Of a stretch of DNA of 64,000 bases, positions 52,151-63,881 are shown piece by piece. Position 1 is the first letter of the stretch, and every line of letters starts with the position of its first letter. The notes beneath the pieces were generated by a model. It had not been told where the DNA came from and ran no database searches. It saw only the letters and a list, made by a program, of their open reading frames with translations. The position numbers were made by a program, and so were the translations under genes. The stretch comes from Perna viridis (taxonomy: Eukaryota), in the NCBI GenBank assembly GCA_037379345.1, contig CM074519.1, positions 32,266,103 through 32,330,102 of the forward strand, in the 5' to 3' direction.

Positions 52151-52990
52151 CACTCGGCCATCTAGGCTATATAAGAGTAATCAAGGGAACAAAGGTTATA
52201 GCGGTAATCAAAAGGATATAATTCAGGGACAAAACCAGACATGGAAAACAGACATACACAACAAAGAACATAAAGTAACTAAAACCATACATACAAAGTA
52301 ACGAAAGCAGATGAGCAACTCGGCTCATGTATAAAAATATAGCTTTCGCTCGCCGGGTTATTCCTCCTCGTAGGATTAATCTAGGGTTGTAACTTCGTAC
52401 ACAATGTATGATAGTACTGGAGCGCTCATCTAGGTGTTATTATGTAGGATAGAGGACCAAATTAATGATGCATGTCACAAAAATCAATATTATACAACGT
52501 CTAAGAATGTGACGACTCTATTCGCTACACTGCTCCATCGGATCAAATTGATAGATGGAATATATATAACACTTTTTTACGTTTAAAATATCTTTCCTGT
52601 ATCAATTTGATCCGATGGAACAGTGCAGCAAATAGAGCATTCACATCATGAGACGTTTGTATAATATTGATTTGTTGTGACATGCATCATTAATTTGATC
52701 CTCTATCCTACATAATAACACCTAAAAGAACTGTCCCGTACTACCATACATCGTGTACTAAGTTACAGCCCTAGATTAATCCTACAAGGAGGAGTGACCT
52801 GGCCAGCGAAAGCAATATTTTTATATAGCCTAGCTGGCCGAGTGGTCTAGGGCGCTGAACTTGGTGCAGGCGGTGATGCCATAGATGTCACAGCGATACG
52901 AGTTCGAGTCCCGCGGAGGGAACGACCAAAAATTACCACCATCGCAAATTTGACAGTTCTAACATCGATGGGAATTTTTCAGATCCTTCC
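52151..52990. mobile_element. Head-to-head inverted pair of a tRNA-headed repeat, bounded by (TA)n
   Basis: 52151-52173 plus 52330-52562 is the reverse complement of 52589-52845; A box tggccgagtgg and B box gttcgagtccc lie within 52828-52920. Confidence 0.75.
52174..52329 (-). mobile_element. Penelope-like 3' tail inserted into the tRNA-headed repeat
   Basis: Reverse complement of the shared tail; splits ctatata|tataaaaatatagc. Confidence 0.8.
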
Positions 52991-54187
52991 ATATATATAT
53001 ATAACATTCTACCAGGAAAGTATAAGACCTCACCAAGAGTACTGATCCAGCACTGGGATGACCGCTGAAAAAAAAATCTGGCTTCTGAATAACCAAGCAT
53101 TGAAAATAATCACTGGAGATTAAGATAATACTAGCACTAATCATGAAAAAAAGGAGTTTTGGATTACAGTCTACACTGATGAAACAGCGACAAATGCAAT
53201 CAAAGACGAAAGAGCTAGTACATACATTTAATGTAATAATAGAGATCAACATTATGGATACATACACTAGTAACTTTGGTCAATATTTATCGTTCTTGTA
53301 AAGTAGCTCTCTATGTAAGAATCATGCAAAAACTGAAAAATGTGATACACCCCAAAAAGGCTACATATTTTTATTTTTGTAATTAAGTTGTTTTATGGGT
53401 CTATATTATGAAATGTGTAATTATTCAGTCCAATCGGTCTGCTCTTAGAAGATAATCAACATTGAAAATCCAATAGATTCTATTGTATTTGTGTGTTATT
53501 TACAGAGTCATCCACCTTAATATTGAAATCTACAGTGCATTCTATATAATTTTATTTCCTAAGAACACGGTTTATATGAAAAACTGAATGTCAATTTCTG
53601 TTTACTTTGGCAATTCAAACAAAATATCAAAAATAAAAATATGTAGGCTTTTTACCTATGAATCACATTTTGCATGATTCTTAGCTGTAGTGTTACATAA
53701 GCATTTATTAATTGAATTTCATTTATTGAACTTCATGATCAAGATATAAATAGTAAGTTGTTTCAGAAAAAAATGATTTGGCTCGAATTCTATAACATGG
53801 CATACCTAAAAACTCCTTTTTTCTTCACAATATCGTAATTATTTGCTTAATGAAAACCTCTGAAGTAATTGAGATGGAAAAATATCAAATATGAGGTGCA
53901 AAGTGTCATCATGAGATAAACACTGAGAGGTGAAACTGTAGAAAAGAGAAAGGTGTCTTTCTTCGGGACTGACCAATTAATGTGAGGTACCCGAGTTTGA
54001 CACGTGAAGGCTTTTCTATACCAATAAATAATTCATAAATCTATGGCTTAATTTTCCTTTCCTCTTTCGTCTACTCAGACACGACACTTTATGAACAGCT
54101 CGGCGGATGTTTCTTGAGATTCAGGATGTCATGGAACAAAAGTTCCTCTAGAATACTATAAGTTCCAAAAGTAGAAGTATTACATAT

Positions 54188-54586
54188 ACAATTACGGCCC
54201 TCTGAGGAGGTGAATATCCAAAATTGTCAACCTGGACTAGGGTTATTTCCCTGAGGGCTTTAGCCGGAGGGGAATAACCTTAGTGAGGTTGACAATTTTG
54301 GATATTCACCAAATTAGAGTGCCATAAGTGTTTTATTATACCGAACAAACTAAGGACTGACAAAAAATGCATGGTTTCAAATTTGCAAAGATGGGTTACA
54401 TGTATTTACCTGCTCTTGTACTTTGGCGGGTTATACACCGGTGAATAATAGGGTTATTCAATAATGGCATGAAATTTGGGGGTTATCAACCTTTCTTGTA
54501 ATTAAAACAAAAATCCAAATTAATCTATGTCACATGATTATATTTCATCCAAGAGAATTAATCCTTTATTATGTAAGGTATAATAA
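54188..54586. mobile_element. Non-autonomous hairpin-plus-IR element (family 3), possibly Crypton-related
   Basis: Perfect 25-bp arms at 54209-54233 / 54286-54310, centre ggctttagcc; IR ttattatacc (54333-54342) / ggtataataa (54577-54586). Confidence 0.65.
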
Positions 54587-54736
54587 TACATAATATCAGT
54601 TCTTCTGGTAATGTTATTGTAATATTTATGCCTAACGAAATAAACCTAATACATGTTTAACATTTGTTTCTAAAGGAATTTTCATTATGAAATAATTCCT
54701 AAGAAATTTTGTAACAAGGAACAAATATACATTGAT

Positions 54737-54905
54737 AGAGGATACTTACCCTACCGATGCACCTGGTCCATGCCCCCCACTTTTAAGTAGAACCCGAGTT
54801 GCACATTTACCTCTGGTTACTTAATGTTCGTTGTAGTGTTTCTGTTTATACCGGTCTTGTCTTTATCCTTTCGATTTTTTGCTCGAATCTTGATTCCCTC
54901 GTATA
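54737..54905 (+). mobile_element. Diverged Penelope-like 3' fragment (its 5' half appears at about 54050-54128)
   Basis: agaggatacttaccctaccgatgcacctggtccatg...ccgagttgcacat; upstream piece atgaacagctcggcggatgtttc. Confidence 0.6.
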
Positions 54906-55488
54906 CCCGTATTATTGCTTCTTCGTCAGACATCATTCAATCTGGAATGTTTAATCTAGCTATACAATGTTAGCCCATGGTAAATAAACGGTGTGAAAAA
55001 AAAAGTTATTTTTCAAATAATCATTCCGAATGAAAAAGAGGGGTTCCCATTTGACCTATATTGCTCTTACAAACTCGTTCCTTGGTTTGTTTCAATAGTT
55101 ATGTAACTATGTCAAGAATTAAAGTAATTATACATAATTTGTATAAACGTGGTTGTTTCTGTTGTACTTCGTCGGTATAATGCCAAATGTAAATTTAAAT
55201 CATTTAATTGGTTTTTTTTATTATTTTTAAGCATAACAGCATGGAATAGTACCTTAATTTCATCGCCAAGCTGCTTAGATAATACAGTTTTGATTGGTTC
55301 ACATTTTCATAAATTAAAAAAAAGATGGAAAGATTGAATAATAGTTGATCTATACAACATAATATAACAGCAATTGAACAATGCAGGTGCTTGTTAATGC
55401 TTAACTTTTGCATAATGACATCTTATATGTACAAGAATATTTCTAGTAATCCCTTAATAATTAAATTTCATTAAAGACGTAGTAGTTG

Positions 55489-55495
55489 TATATAA
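55489..55495 (+). promoter_or_regulatory. TATA box of the secreted inhibitor gene
   Basis: tatataa about 50 nt upstream of the ATG at 55544. Confidence 0.5.
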
Positions 55496-55543
55496 GGAGG
55501 CAATATTTGTGTTAGACCGTGCATTATTACCACAGCAGACGAG

Positions 55544-58500
55544 ATGTATAAACTCCTAGGTGCTGGGCTTTTGGTGGCATTGTGTTCGTCCGTAAGTAAA
55601 TTGCTTTAAGTCTTAGCTCTTGCTTTTAAATTGTTTACACCACTTTATAAATTTGGTAACATGTAGATTATCATTCGTTAAAAAAGTAGGGACACAAAAG
55701 GTAAATTATATCTATGAAAGGAAATGATTAGAATAACGCTAAGATTGATTGATTCATTGATATATGGTTAACGTCCTACAGCAGATATTTCATGAACGAT
55801 TGACCAATCGAACAGACCCTGCTTTGTGCTATACCCAGATAGGTATGACACCTCACTCGGATACATTTCCTGATTCTGAGCCACTCTAGCTCCTTAAATA
55901 CCACGTGCTAGGGGAGAAGCCATGAGTACAAACTTTAAAGTCCTTGGTGTGACTCGTTTGATATTTGAAAAAATGGTGAAAAAGAAATAACATAGATATA
56001 TAGATATATAGTTTGAGTCTTAAAAAATCAAAATACCATCATTGTTTACTTTCAAGAAAATTATATGATGAATAAATGGACATGGATACATGGTTCTTAC
56101 CCGGAAACACTGAAGTTTTCATTATAAGTAGCAATAATTAATTTCTGTCTCCGTTTGCTGTAACCTGAGCTCTGACCTTTAATTATTTAGCTAAAAAAAA
56201 CGTATTTTTTTCGTTGCCTAGGAAGAATTTTGTCGTAGATTATAAAAAAAATAGATGTTTTAATGTTTATCTTCATCATTATCTTTCGACAAATATGGCA
56301 TCACTTTCACCACTAATTTCACTCTGATTACAGACAAACCTGTGTATCTAGAAAAATTTTCAAGACATAGCCTCCCCTAGATTTGAAAAAAAGTTACATC
56401 AAGTTTATGTAAAATTATATAAAAAACTGACCTGACTTTTCCAGGGTTATTAATTTTAATTCTGCAGAGAGTGCAAAAATAAACAAGCACCTGAGATTAA
56501 CCTGATATGGACCACTCATTTACACAGTTTAATTCACCTATTGTGTATAGATGGCTATTATCCTTCTATTAGCCAGCTTGTCAATATATTTAATGTTTAC
56601 CTTTAATAGATAAGGAATATCTTAAAACGTTAGTTCATTTTTGTCCTCTATACAGAATTGATAAAATTAAAACAGCAAAAATCAGGTCAGTTTTTGATAC
56701 AATTTTACATAAAATGAATGCAACTTTGTCATATTTAAGGCATGCTTTGCCTTAAAAGTTTGCTAGATACACTGGTTTGTCTGTAGTAAGCAGGAAATAA
56801 GTGGTGAAATTGAGACAATATTTGTGGAAACGTAATAATGAACCTTAGTTTTCCGCAACTTATTAGAAAAATCAATTATTCTTTCTTAGTAATATGATTC
56901 TTGAATAATATACAATTCTTGATGGTTCACCCCTTTTTCGTATAGTATCGTGCTTAAAATCATTCTTCTCAGATAAAAATCATCTACCAAAGGAGTCTTT
57001 CTAAAATTGATCAAGATTATACCAAATAACCAAGTCTTGGACAGTTTACATTTCATCAACCCGGAAAGATTTTATAAACGACCAGTAATTGTACACATGT
57101 TTTACAGAACCATATAACAAAGCTGCGATCTTACTTTGGAAAAGAGTAATCAAGGGAACCAAGGTTATAGCGGTAATCAAAAGAATATAATCCAGGGACA
57201 AAGACCAGACATGGAAAACAGACACACACAACAAAGAACATAAAGTAACTAAAATCATACATACAAAGTAACAAAAGTAAATGAGCAACTCAGACTCCAC
57301 TAAAAACTGGGAGCATGGACCAGGTGCACCGGTAGGGTAAGCGTCCTCTGCTTGTCTAGAAACACCCCCCGAGTTGCTCATAAAAAGACCGGGGTAGACA
57401 AACGAGGAAAGGTAAATTATGACCCGTTGAATAAATCAGTTTTCATGATGTTTTCATGAAATATAGCGAAGTCATTAATCATTTCTGTTTTATTGATAAA
57501 ATTAACTGTTATATTCCTAATTTTATTATTCATAGCTTAATTGACGAAAGCAATATATCTTTTTTTTATAAGTTTGTTTGTTTGTATTAATTTTTTGTTT
57601 AATCATTAATATACCTTCCAGGTGTATGCTACTACATACAGACCAAGTAAGTAGAATTTTAATGTGTTCTCCGTGGTAGAGCCTTATTTAACTTTCCGAA
57701 ACAACAATTAACGTTGTGAACACTTCAACATCAACCGTAAATATCAATTATCATAATTTTACTTTAGCAAAGAAGTTTCATGGATTAAACATTTTCATCT
57801 CTTCAAATGCAATTACAAATAATATGGAGTCAGATGATTCTCTTATGTATGAAGTCCATCAACCTCAAATAAATTTTTCAAACCCGTCCTTTGCAATAAA
57901 ATAAGACCAATGACTTGTACAGGTAACATAAAAAGTATCGTCTGTATACGTATTAAGCATTTTGAGAACGTAAATATATGCAGCGATATTATTTCCATAT
58001 ATTTTAATTATCATTCACAAATTACTGATTTTTTTTCCAAATACGTGCTTGATAATATTACATGATATACATGTGTTGTAAGTATTACATTAAATCTTAT
58101 CTTATTCTAGAATGTCCATATAATTCCGGTTACTACATTTATGGTCAGACATTTACAGACAAAGACGGTTGCAGCATTTGTAGGTGTGAAGATTACGGTA
58201 AAATTAAATGTTCCGACAGCAAATGCGGATGCTTATACAGGGGACGACTCTATAAAGTGGGTGATGATTATGTGAAAGTAGACGGATGCACAAAGTGTAC
58301 CTGCAAATCACATAATAATCCGGTCTGTGATGACAGCGAATGTGGATGTAAGTCCGAAAATAAGTTTTACAAAATTGGCGAAACCTTCGTTAAATCTGAT
58401 GGATGCACACAATGCACATGTAAATCACATGGTAACCTTGATTGCAATAGCAAATGCGGATGTATATACAAAGGAATCTTGTATAAAGTTGGTCAATCAT

Positions 58501-59930
58501 ACATTAAATCTGATGGATGTACAAAGTGCACGTGTATTGCGCATGGAAAAGCAAAATGCTATGACAAACCCTGTGGATGTACCTATAAGGGAAAGTACTA
58601 CAGGCCAGGCGCTAAGTTCCCTGCAACTGATGGCTGCAACATGTGTACATGTCAAAGAGGGGGTAAAGTGAATTGTTCCTCGATGAAATGTGGCTGTGTT
58701 TACAAGAAGACGTTTTACTCTATATTAGCCACATTCCCTGCTGGTGATGGTTGTAACACATGTACATGTGTCGCTCATGAGAAAATTTCATGCACAGACA
58801 CAAAATGCGGCTGCGATTACAAGGGAGGATGGTACGGTATTGGCAAAACTTTCAAGGATAAATGCAATACGTGTGAGTGTATAAAACACAATGATGTAAG
58901 CTGTACCAAGAAAGAATGTACTTGTGTGCATAACAAGAAAACCTTACAAATTGGCGAAACATTTAAAAAAGGATGCAACGAATGCAAATGTACAGAAAAT
59001 GGCGAAATTATCTGTACGAAAATTGCTTGTGTATGCAAATACAACGGAATTACTTACCAAATCGGACAAAAGTTCAAGCACGTTGATGGTTGTAGGGACT
59101 GCAAGTGCATATCACCTGGAGAGGTGGTGTGTGGAAAGAAGCCATCATACTGCAATGGTGAGTCGTTGTTTGTCATATATATGTTGCATCATATCTTTCC
59201 ATTTTGCAGGATTTTTATTTTATTTAATGTTTATGAGCCGTTTTAGTTCTGCATTTATTTTTTTTATTATTTAAGTATTCAACATTCATCAGTTTGCCGA
59301 AGTTACATTCATTCATTGTATCTTGCGACAGTTTTACTAATAAACTGTGGGAGCAGGAATATGTTATCTAAACTATGTTAAAACCGAAGGGACACATTTT
59401 CCGTTTCTTTTTGTTTTATTTAATACAGTTGAACCTGTCCTACCTTTTTCCTAACCTTCCAAAGATGAGCGAAATCATCATCACACAAGAAAGGTGGTCT
59501 TTATATACAGTTTAATACTACATAAAATGCACTTAAAGGATACTTCAACCATAGTCTTTTAGGACAGATTATTACTGAATACAGGTTGCTGCTACAAAGA
59601 AAATCGAACGGATATTGTGAAACGCAACAAATGCGCCTGTATATGACCTGAATACAGAACTATTAAACTTTCAGTGGTCACCGGAAAGTTTTCAACAGTG
59701 TAAACTCACCTAAAATACTATTAATTTCAATTTACAATTTATCATATTTTTTTTCAGTTTGTTCACAACCAAAACAAGTCGGACCCTGTAAAGCAAAGAT
59801 TCCCTGTTTCTATTTCGACAACTATGCCCGGAAGTGCCTGCCGTTCTATTATGGCGGTTGTGGTCGAAACGGAAACAATTTCAAAACGAAAGGTGGTTGT
59901 GAGGCCAGATGCAGAAAGTACTATTCTTAA
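55544..59930 (+). CDS. Secreted protein with nine pacifastin/VWC-like 6-Cys repeats and a C-terminal Kunitz domain, about 430 aa, 4 exons
   Basis: Phase-compatible GT-AG exons 55544-55591 (MYKLLGAGLLVALCSS), 57622-57646, 58111-59157, 59758-59930. Repeat consensus CxYxGxxYxxGxxFxxxDGCNxCxCx7Cx4C; Kunitz CSQPKQVGPCKAKIPCFYFD...CLPFYYGGCGRNGNNFKTKGGCEARC. Confidence 0.88.
56273..56841. mobile_element. Foldback MITE with long imperfect TIRs in intron 1 of the inhibitor gene
   Basis: For example acagacaaacctgtgtatctag / ctagatacactggtttgtctgt and aaaaactgacctga / tcaggtcagttttt. Confidence 0.7.
57141..57450 (-). mobile_element. Penelope-like element 3' fragment including the structured region
   Basis: Reverse complement of about 8017-8322. 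Confidence 0.85.
58111..59157 (+). CDS. Exon 3: nine tandem Cys-rich repeats of about 39 aa
   Basis: Within ORF 58062-59246; acceptor ttattctag, donor G|GTGAGT; 1047 nt, phase 1-1. Confidence 0.9.
59758..59930 (+). CDS. Exon 4: Kunitz/BPTI domain, P1 Lys
   Basis: GPCKA, FYYGGC, GNNF motifs; acceptor ttttttcag; stop TAA at 59928-59930. Confidence 0.92.
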
Positions 59931-60214
59931 AGTCAATTATGTACTTCGCATTAAAATTATGAGAACTAATTCATCTTTTACCTTTTTTGCATTGTTGACA
60001 TTCAGTGGAAATGTAAAAGCAAATTCGTAGTACCGATAAAACATATAATTATTATGCCATTCAATCTCCGGAGGAACATCACTAAAATGAAAAAGGTAAA
60101 AAAGAATTCCATTACCACACATTTCCTGAACGGAGTCAATTGCACCTAAAAAAACAAAAGCGATCGATTTTACAAAAAAAGTCATACATGTAGAATTGAA
60201 ATTGAAATTGAAAC

Positions 60215-60448
60215 ACTCGGCGGGTGTTTCTAGAAAAGCAGAGGACGCTTACCCTACCGGTGCATCTGGTCCATGCTCCCAGTCTTTAGTGGAGTCCGAT
60301 TTGCTCATTTACTTTTGTTGCTTTGTGTGTATGATTTTAGTTACTTTTTGTTCTTTGTTGTATATGTCTGTTGTCCATGTTTGGTCTTTGTTCCTGGATT
60401 GCATTCTTTTGATTACCGCTATAACCTTGGTTCCCTTGATTACTCTTT
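60215..60448 (+). mobile_element. Penelope-like element 3' fragment
   Basis: Matches 8098-8322; preceded by (attgaa)3. Confidence 0.85.
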
Positions 60449-60841
60449 CATATACATTACCAGGACCCCGATATAATTATATATAGCTATTGCCAGTTGT
60501 TTAATCTGGTTCCTAATCTGGTTTCCTGGTCAATATTATAAGTGACCCAAAGATCGCTACACTTTGAGAAATTTGTGGAACGGAAACATTACCCACACTT
60601 TCTGGTAACCAGTGGTTTTTATTGAAAAACATTCGGGTCAACACGATTACGAAAGCAGTGGCATAGAAAGACTTAAGTCTTTGATTTAGTTCAAAATACC
60701 TCAAAAAGTAGCTTACTTTTTTATGTCCATTACCGCTCGGGTCAGCTGTCTCAGCCATCACACGACATTGTGTAAAATTACCGTAAACGGTGATTGGCCA
60801 AAAAAATCGACTCATTATATCGACTTAAAAAAATCATCAAA

Positions 60842-61141
60842 ATGACCCGGCCAGCGAAAGCTATATTTTTATATAGCCTAGCTGGCCGAGTGGTCATGGG
60901 CGCTGGACTTATTGCAGGCGGTGTTGCCATAGATGTCACAGCGGTACGAGTTCGAGTCCCGCGGAGGGAACGACCAAATATTTGCTTCGCAAATTTGACA
61001 GTTCTAACATCGTTGGGAATTTTTCAGACCCTTCTATAAGTTTACGTTATCTTCCCTGTATCAATTTGATCCGATGGAGCAGTGTAGCGAATAGAGTCGT
61101 CACATTCTGAGACGTTGTATATATATATATATATATATATA
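60842..61141 (+). mobile_element. tRNA-headed repeat, circularly permuted relative to 52589-52990, ending in (TA)n
   Basis: tRNA-like part starts at 60876 and is followed by tatcttccctgtatcaatttgatccgatgg, which comes first in the other copy. Confidence 0.75.
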
Positions 61142-63417
61142 CAATTATGTATTTTGAAACAATATGAAAAATGTTGATAACATTCATTGCAGTATTACAA
61201 GATTCAAATGCATACCTTGTATTGTACTTTCTTGGTTTATGTCAATGTCGATTATTTTATTTTAGTAAGTTTAACTGTGAATTTATTCTTTGGATGCTGC
61301 TGCTGTTGGTGAGAGCTTTGTCGTTAATTTGCAATACAAATACTGGTAGTATTTTTAACCCGCACTTGCAAAGTGGAGGTATCTACATTTATTTTTTTTG
61401 TCCGTTCATATTTTCCTCCGTTACGCAGAAGGTATTCATCTCCCATCCATTACCTCTCCTACACCACTGAAAGGAGTTGAATGAAACAGACCTTTTATCA
61501 TGTCCCCATTGTACACATCCTATTCAGGTTTTTGATCCAAATCAGTGTAGGGGATTCACATAGCAAATACCTGGAATTTCTCATTTATGAATATGGGACA
61601 TGGTGGACCCATTTGATATCCATTACTCCTTCATCACTACTGAATAGAATTAAATGGAGGTCAAAAAGGGCATGTCTCGAAAGATAGGAGAGGTATATCA
61701 AGTAGGTGAACATTACACTATTACTTGTTTTATTTTATAAGAAACTCATCTTCAAGTTGGTCTAAAGCTGCCTGAACAGAACCATTTCTTTTTACTCTTT
61801 CAGATCAGTTTCTTATAAATTAATCACAAATACAAAACTGTAAGAAAGTCCATCCGATCGTAAGTAGCTAAACATATAATTCAAAGAAATGTCAGCGTTT
61901 AGGATTAATTATTTTAAAATCCCACAAAAACAAACACATACATGTTCGTGCAAAAAGTATTTGATTAATTGATTCTCGAATAAGAAATAAGTGTAAACAA
62001 ATACATGTATTCAGTTTAAACTTTTCTATTGTTTTGTTGATTTGTAATGAAAGTTGGAAAGAAAATCAATTACAGCTAAATTTGATTTATTGATGCCTTA
62101 TGAAGCTTATGTTATGTTTGTTTAAGAAACCTTTATATTCAAATATTATAAAAGAACAATCTAAGAAATACTTATAAAAATCAAACTATAATCATTGGTT
62201 CAACCTAAAGTTATATGAATTAGTAACTGAATTGAAGACAAAAAACCTCTGGCATTTCTAAACCTTTTGTTGGTTATCCTGATTGGTCGATTTCTACTGA
62301 CGATGACAAGACATTGGACCTTTGCAGCTTTTAGTATTGGTGTCAATTTAATTGAGCTGTGTTTTTTCGCGTTTTCGTTCACAAAATAGCCTTGTGTCAC
62401 TGTAAAAGAATGGTCACCAGTTGCATAAACCTGTGTTTTTAGCTTGGTTAATTTTATTGCAAGACAGTAGCAACATATAAAGTATTATAATATTCATTCA
62501 ATGCCGAGGACCACTTTTAATAAATCAACACATTATTGACATTATTATTGACTTTTAACTAATAGGTAAGAAATTGAGTGCCAGACTGTAAAAGTAACAC
62601 AGTGGTTGAATACTGATATAAAATAGCCGACCGTTTCGTAAGTTTAGTTTGGCTATTTCTACCATCAAAACCAACGAACAAAACAATTTCCCATTAAACA
62701 TTGGGTAAGGAACGATTTCGTTCTAATGCACTGCAAATGAATATTTCAAGGGCAGATACCTGTGTGAAAGTTTTTGACATTTTAATATAAACATTCTAAC
62801 ATATTCAATGAAGCATAGATTAAATATCAAAGAAAGAAGATATCCACGAGAGAAAATATATTGTCATAGTCATGAATATAACAGATTTTTTATTTCTTTG
62901 ATTCTCACCAGAACTTGTACTGAAATACACAAAATCATACATAAAATATCGGCCTCGACTTCATTAAACTTGCAAAATACGTATGTCTGGGAACTTTTTT
63001 AAATCGTTGTTGTATCATTCCATTCTTAGATTTGAATTAGACTCAGTTTGAAAGCTAAGAATAAATTTAAACGTATGCAAGTTTTGTGGGACTGTGGGGT
63101 TTAGCTTATCGATATGTACACCATGGCTTTAGATGAATCTAAAATGTCCAGCAACAGTGTGTTACAATTTTAAAATAAAACGATATAGGTACTGGCCAGG
63201 TTTTCTATACCCTTTTAAGGAATATGAATCTAGAATAGTGAAAGAATACAATTAATTAGAAAATGATACATGTCATCTATTTTTACGATTCAAACCGGAT
63301 TTCACAAGGTTTGGTTGTCCAAAAGACAGGCTTTGTTATCAATAACTCCTGCTATTAAGGGAACTTATATTGACCTCAAATTCTTATCAAATGTCACTTG
63401 ACATATCTAAGATAAAA

Positions 63418-63881
63418 ATGAATTTCTGGATTATTTTAATCTTTTTGTTTATTTGTTTTCAATTAATGGTAAGAACTTGCATATTAAAATTATTTTGGAC
63501 AAAAATGTATATTTCACTTTTGTTGACAAATTCATTTATATCAAAACATGAAATATTATATGCATTCCAGATTGTACAAATAAACCCTAAGGATCGACGT
63601 AATGAAATCCTAATGACACATTGATATGTAGTTCCCGATTTTTAGATACTTTCATACTCTTATTAATAAAACAGTTTTGCAATAGTCAAAATGGTGTATT
63701 TATTAGTTAATATATGCTTTGATTTTTCCATTTGTTAAAAAGTTAGCTGACACCACTCCATGCAATGCCCAAATAGACTGCGCAAGTGACGAATGCTGTA
63801 TCAGCAAGGACAGACCTATTGGAAAGAGACACCTCTACAAAGCAACTGGCTATTGTCTACAACTCGGTAGTCAAAATTCTT
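63418..63881 (+). CDS. Secreted Cys-rich peptide, prokineticin/colipase-fold (ITG-like/astakine-like), 5' partial
   Basis: Exon 63418-63468 MNFWIILIFLFICFQLM (donor GTAAGA); exon 63743-63881 LADTTPCNAQIDCASDECCISKDRPIGKRHLYKATGYCLQLGSQNS (donor GTATGT); gene continues beyond the window. Confidence 0.7.

Noticed and set aside
52828-52920. Possible tRNA gene (also 60876-60970)
   Set aside because: A and B boxes are present but there is no clean acceptor stem or anticodon arm, and it is embedded in a dispersed repeat.
60513-60815. 100-aa minus-strand ORF between repeats
   Set aside because: No recognisable domain or splice context; left unassigned.
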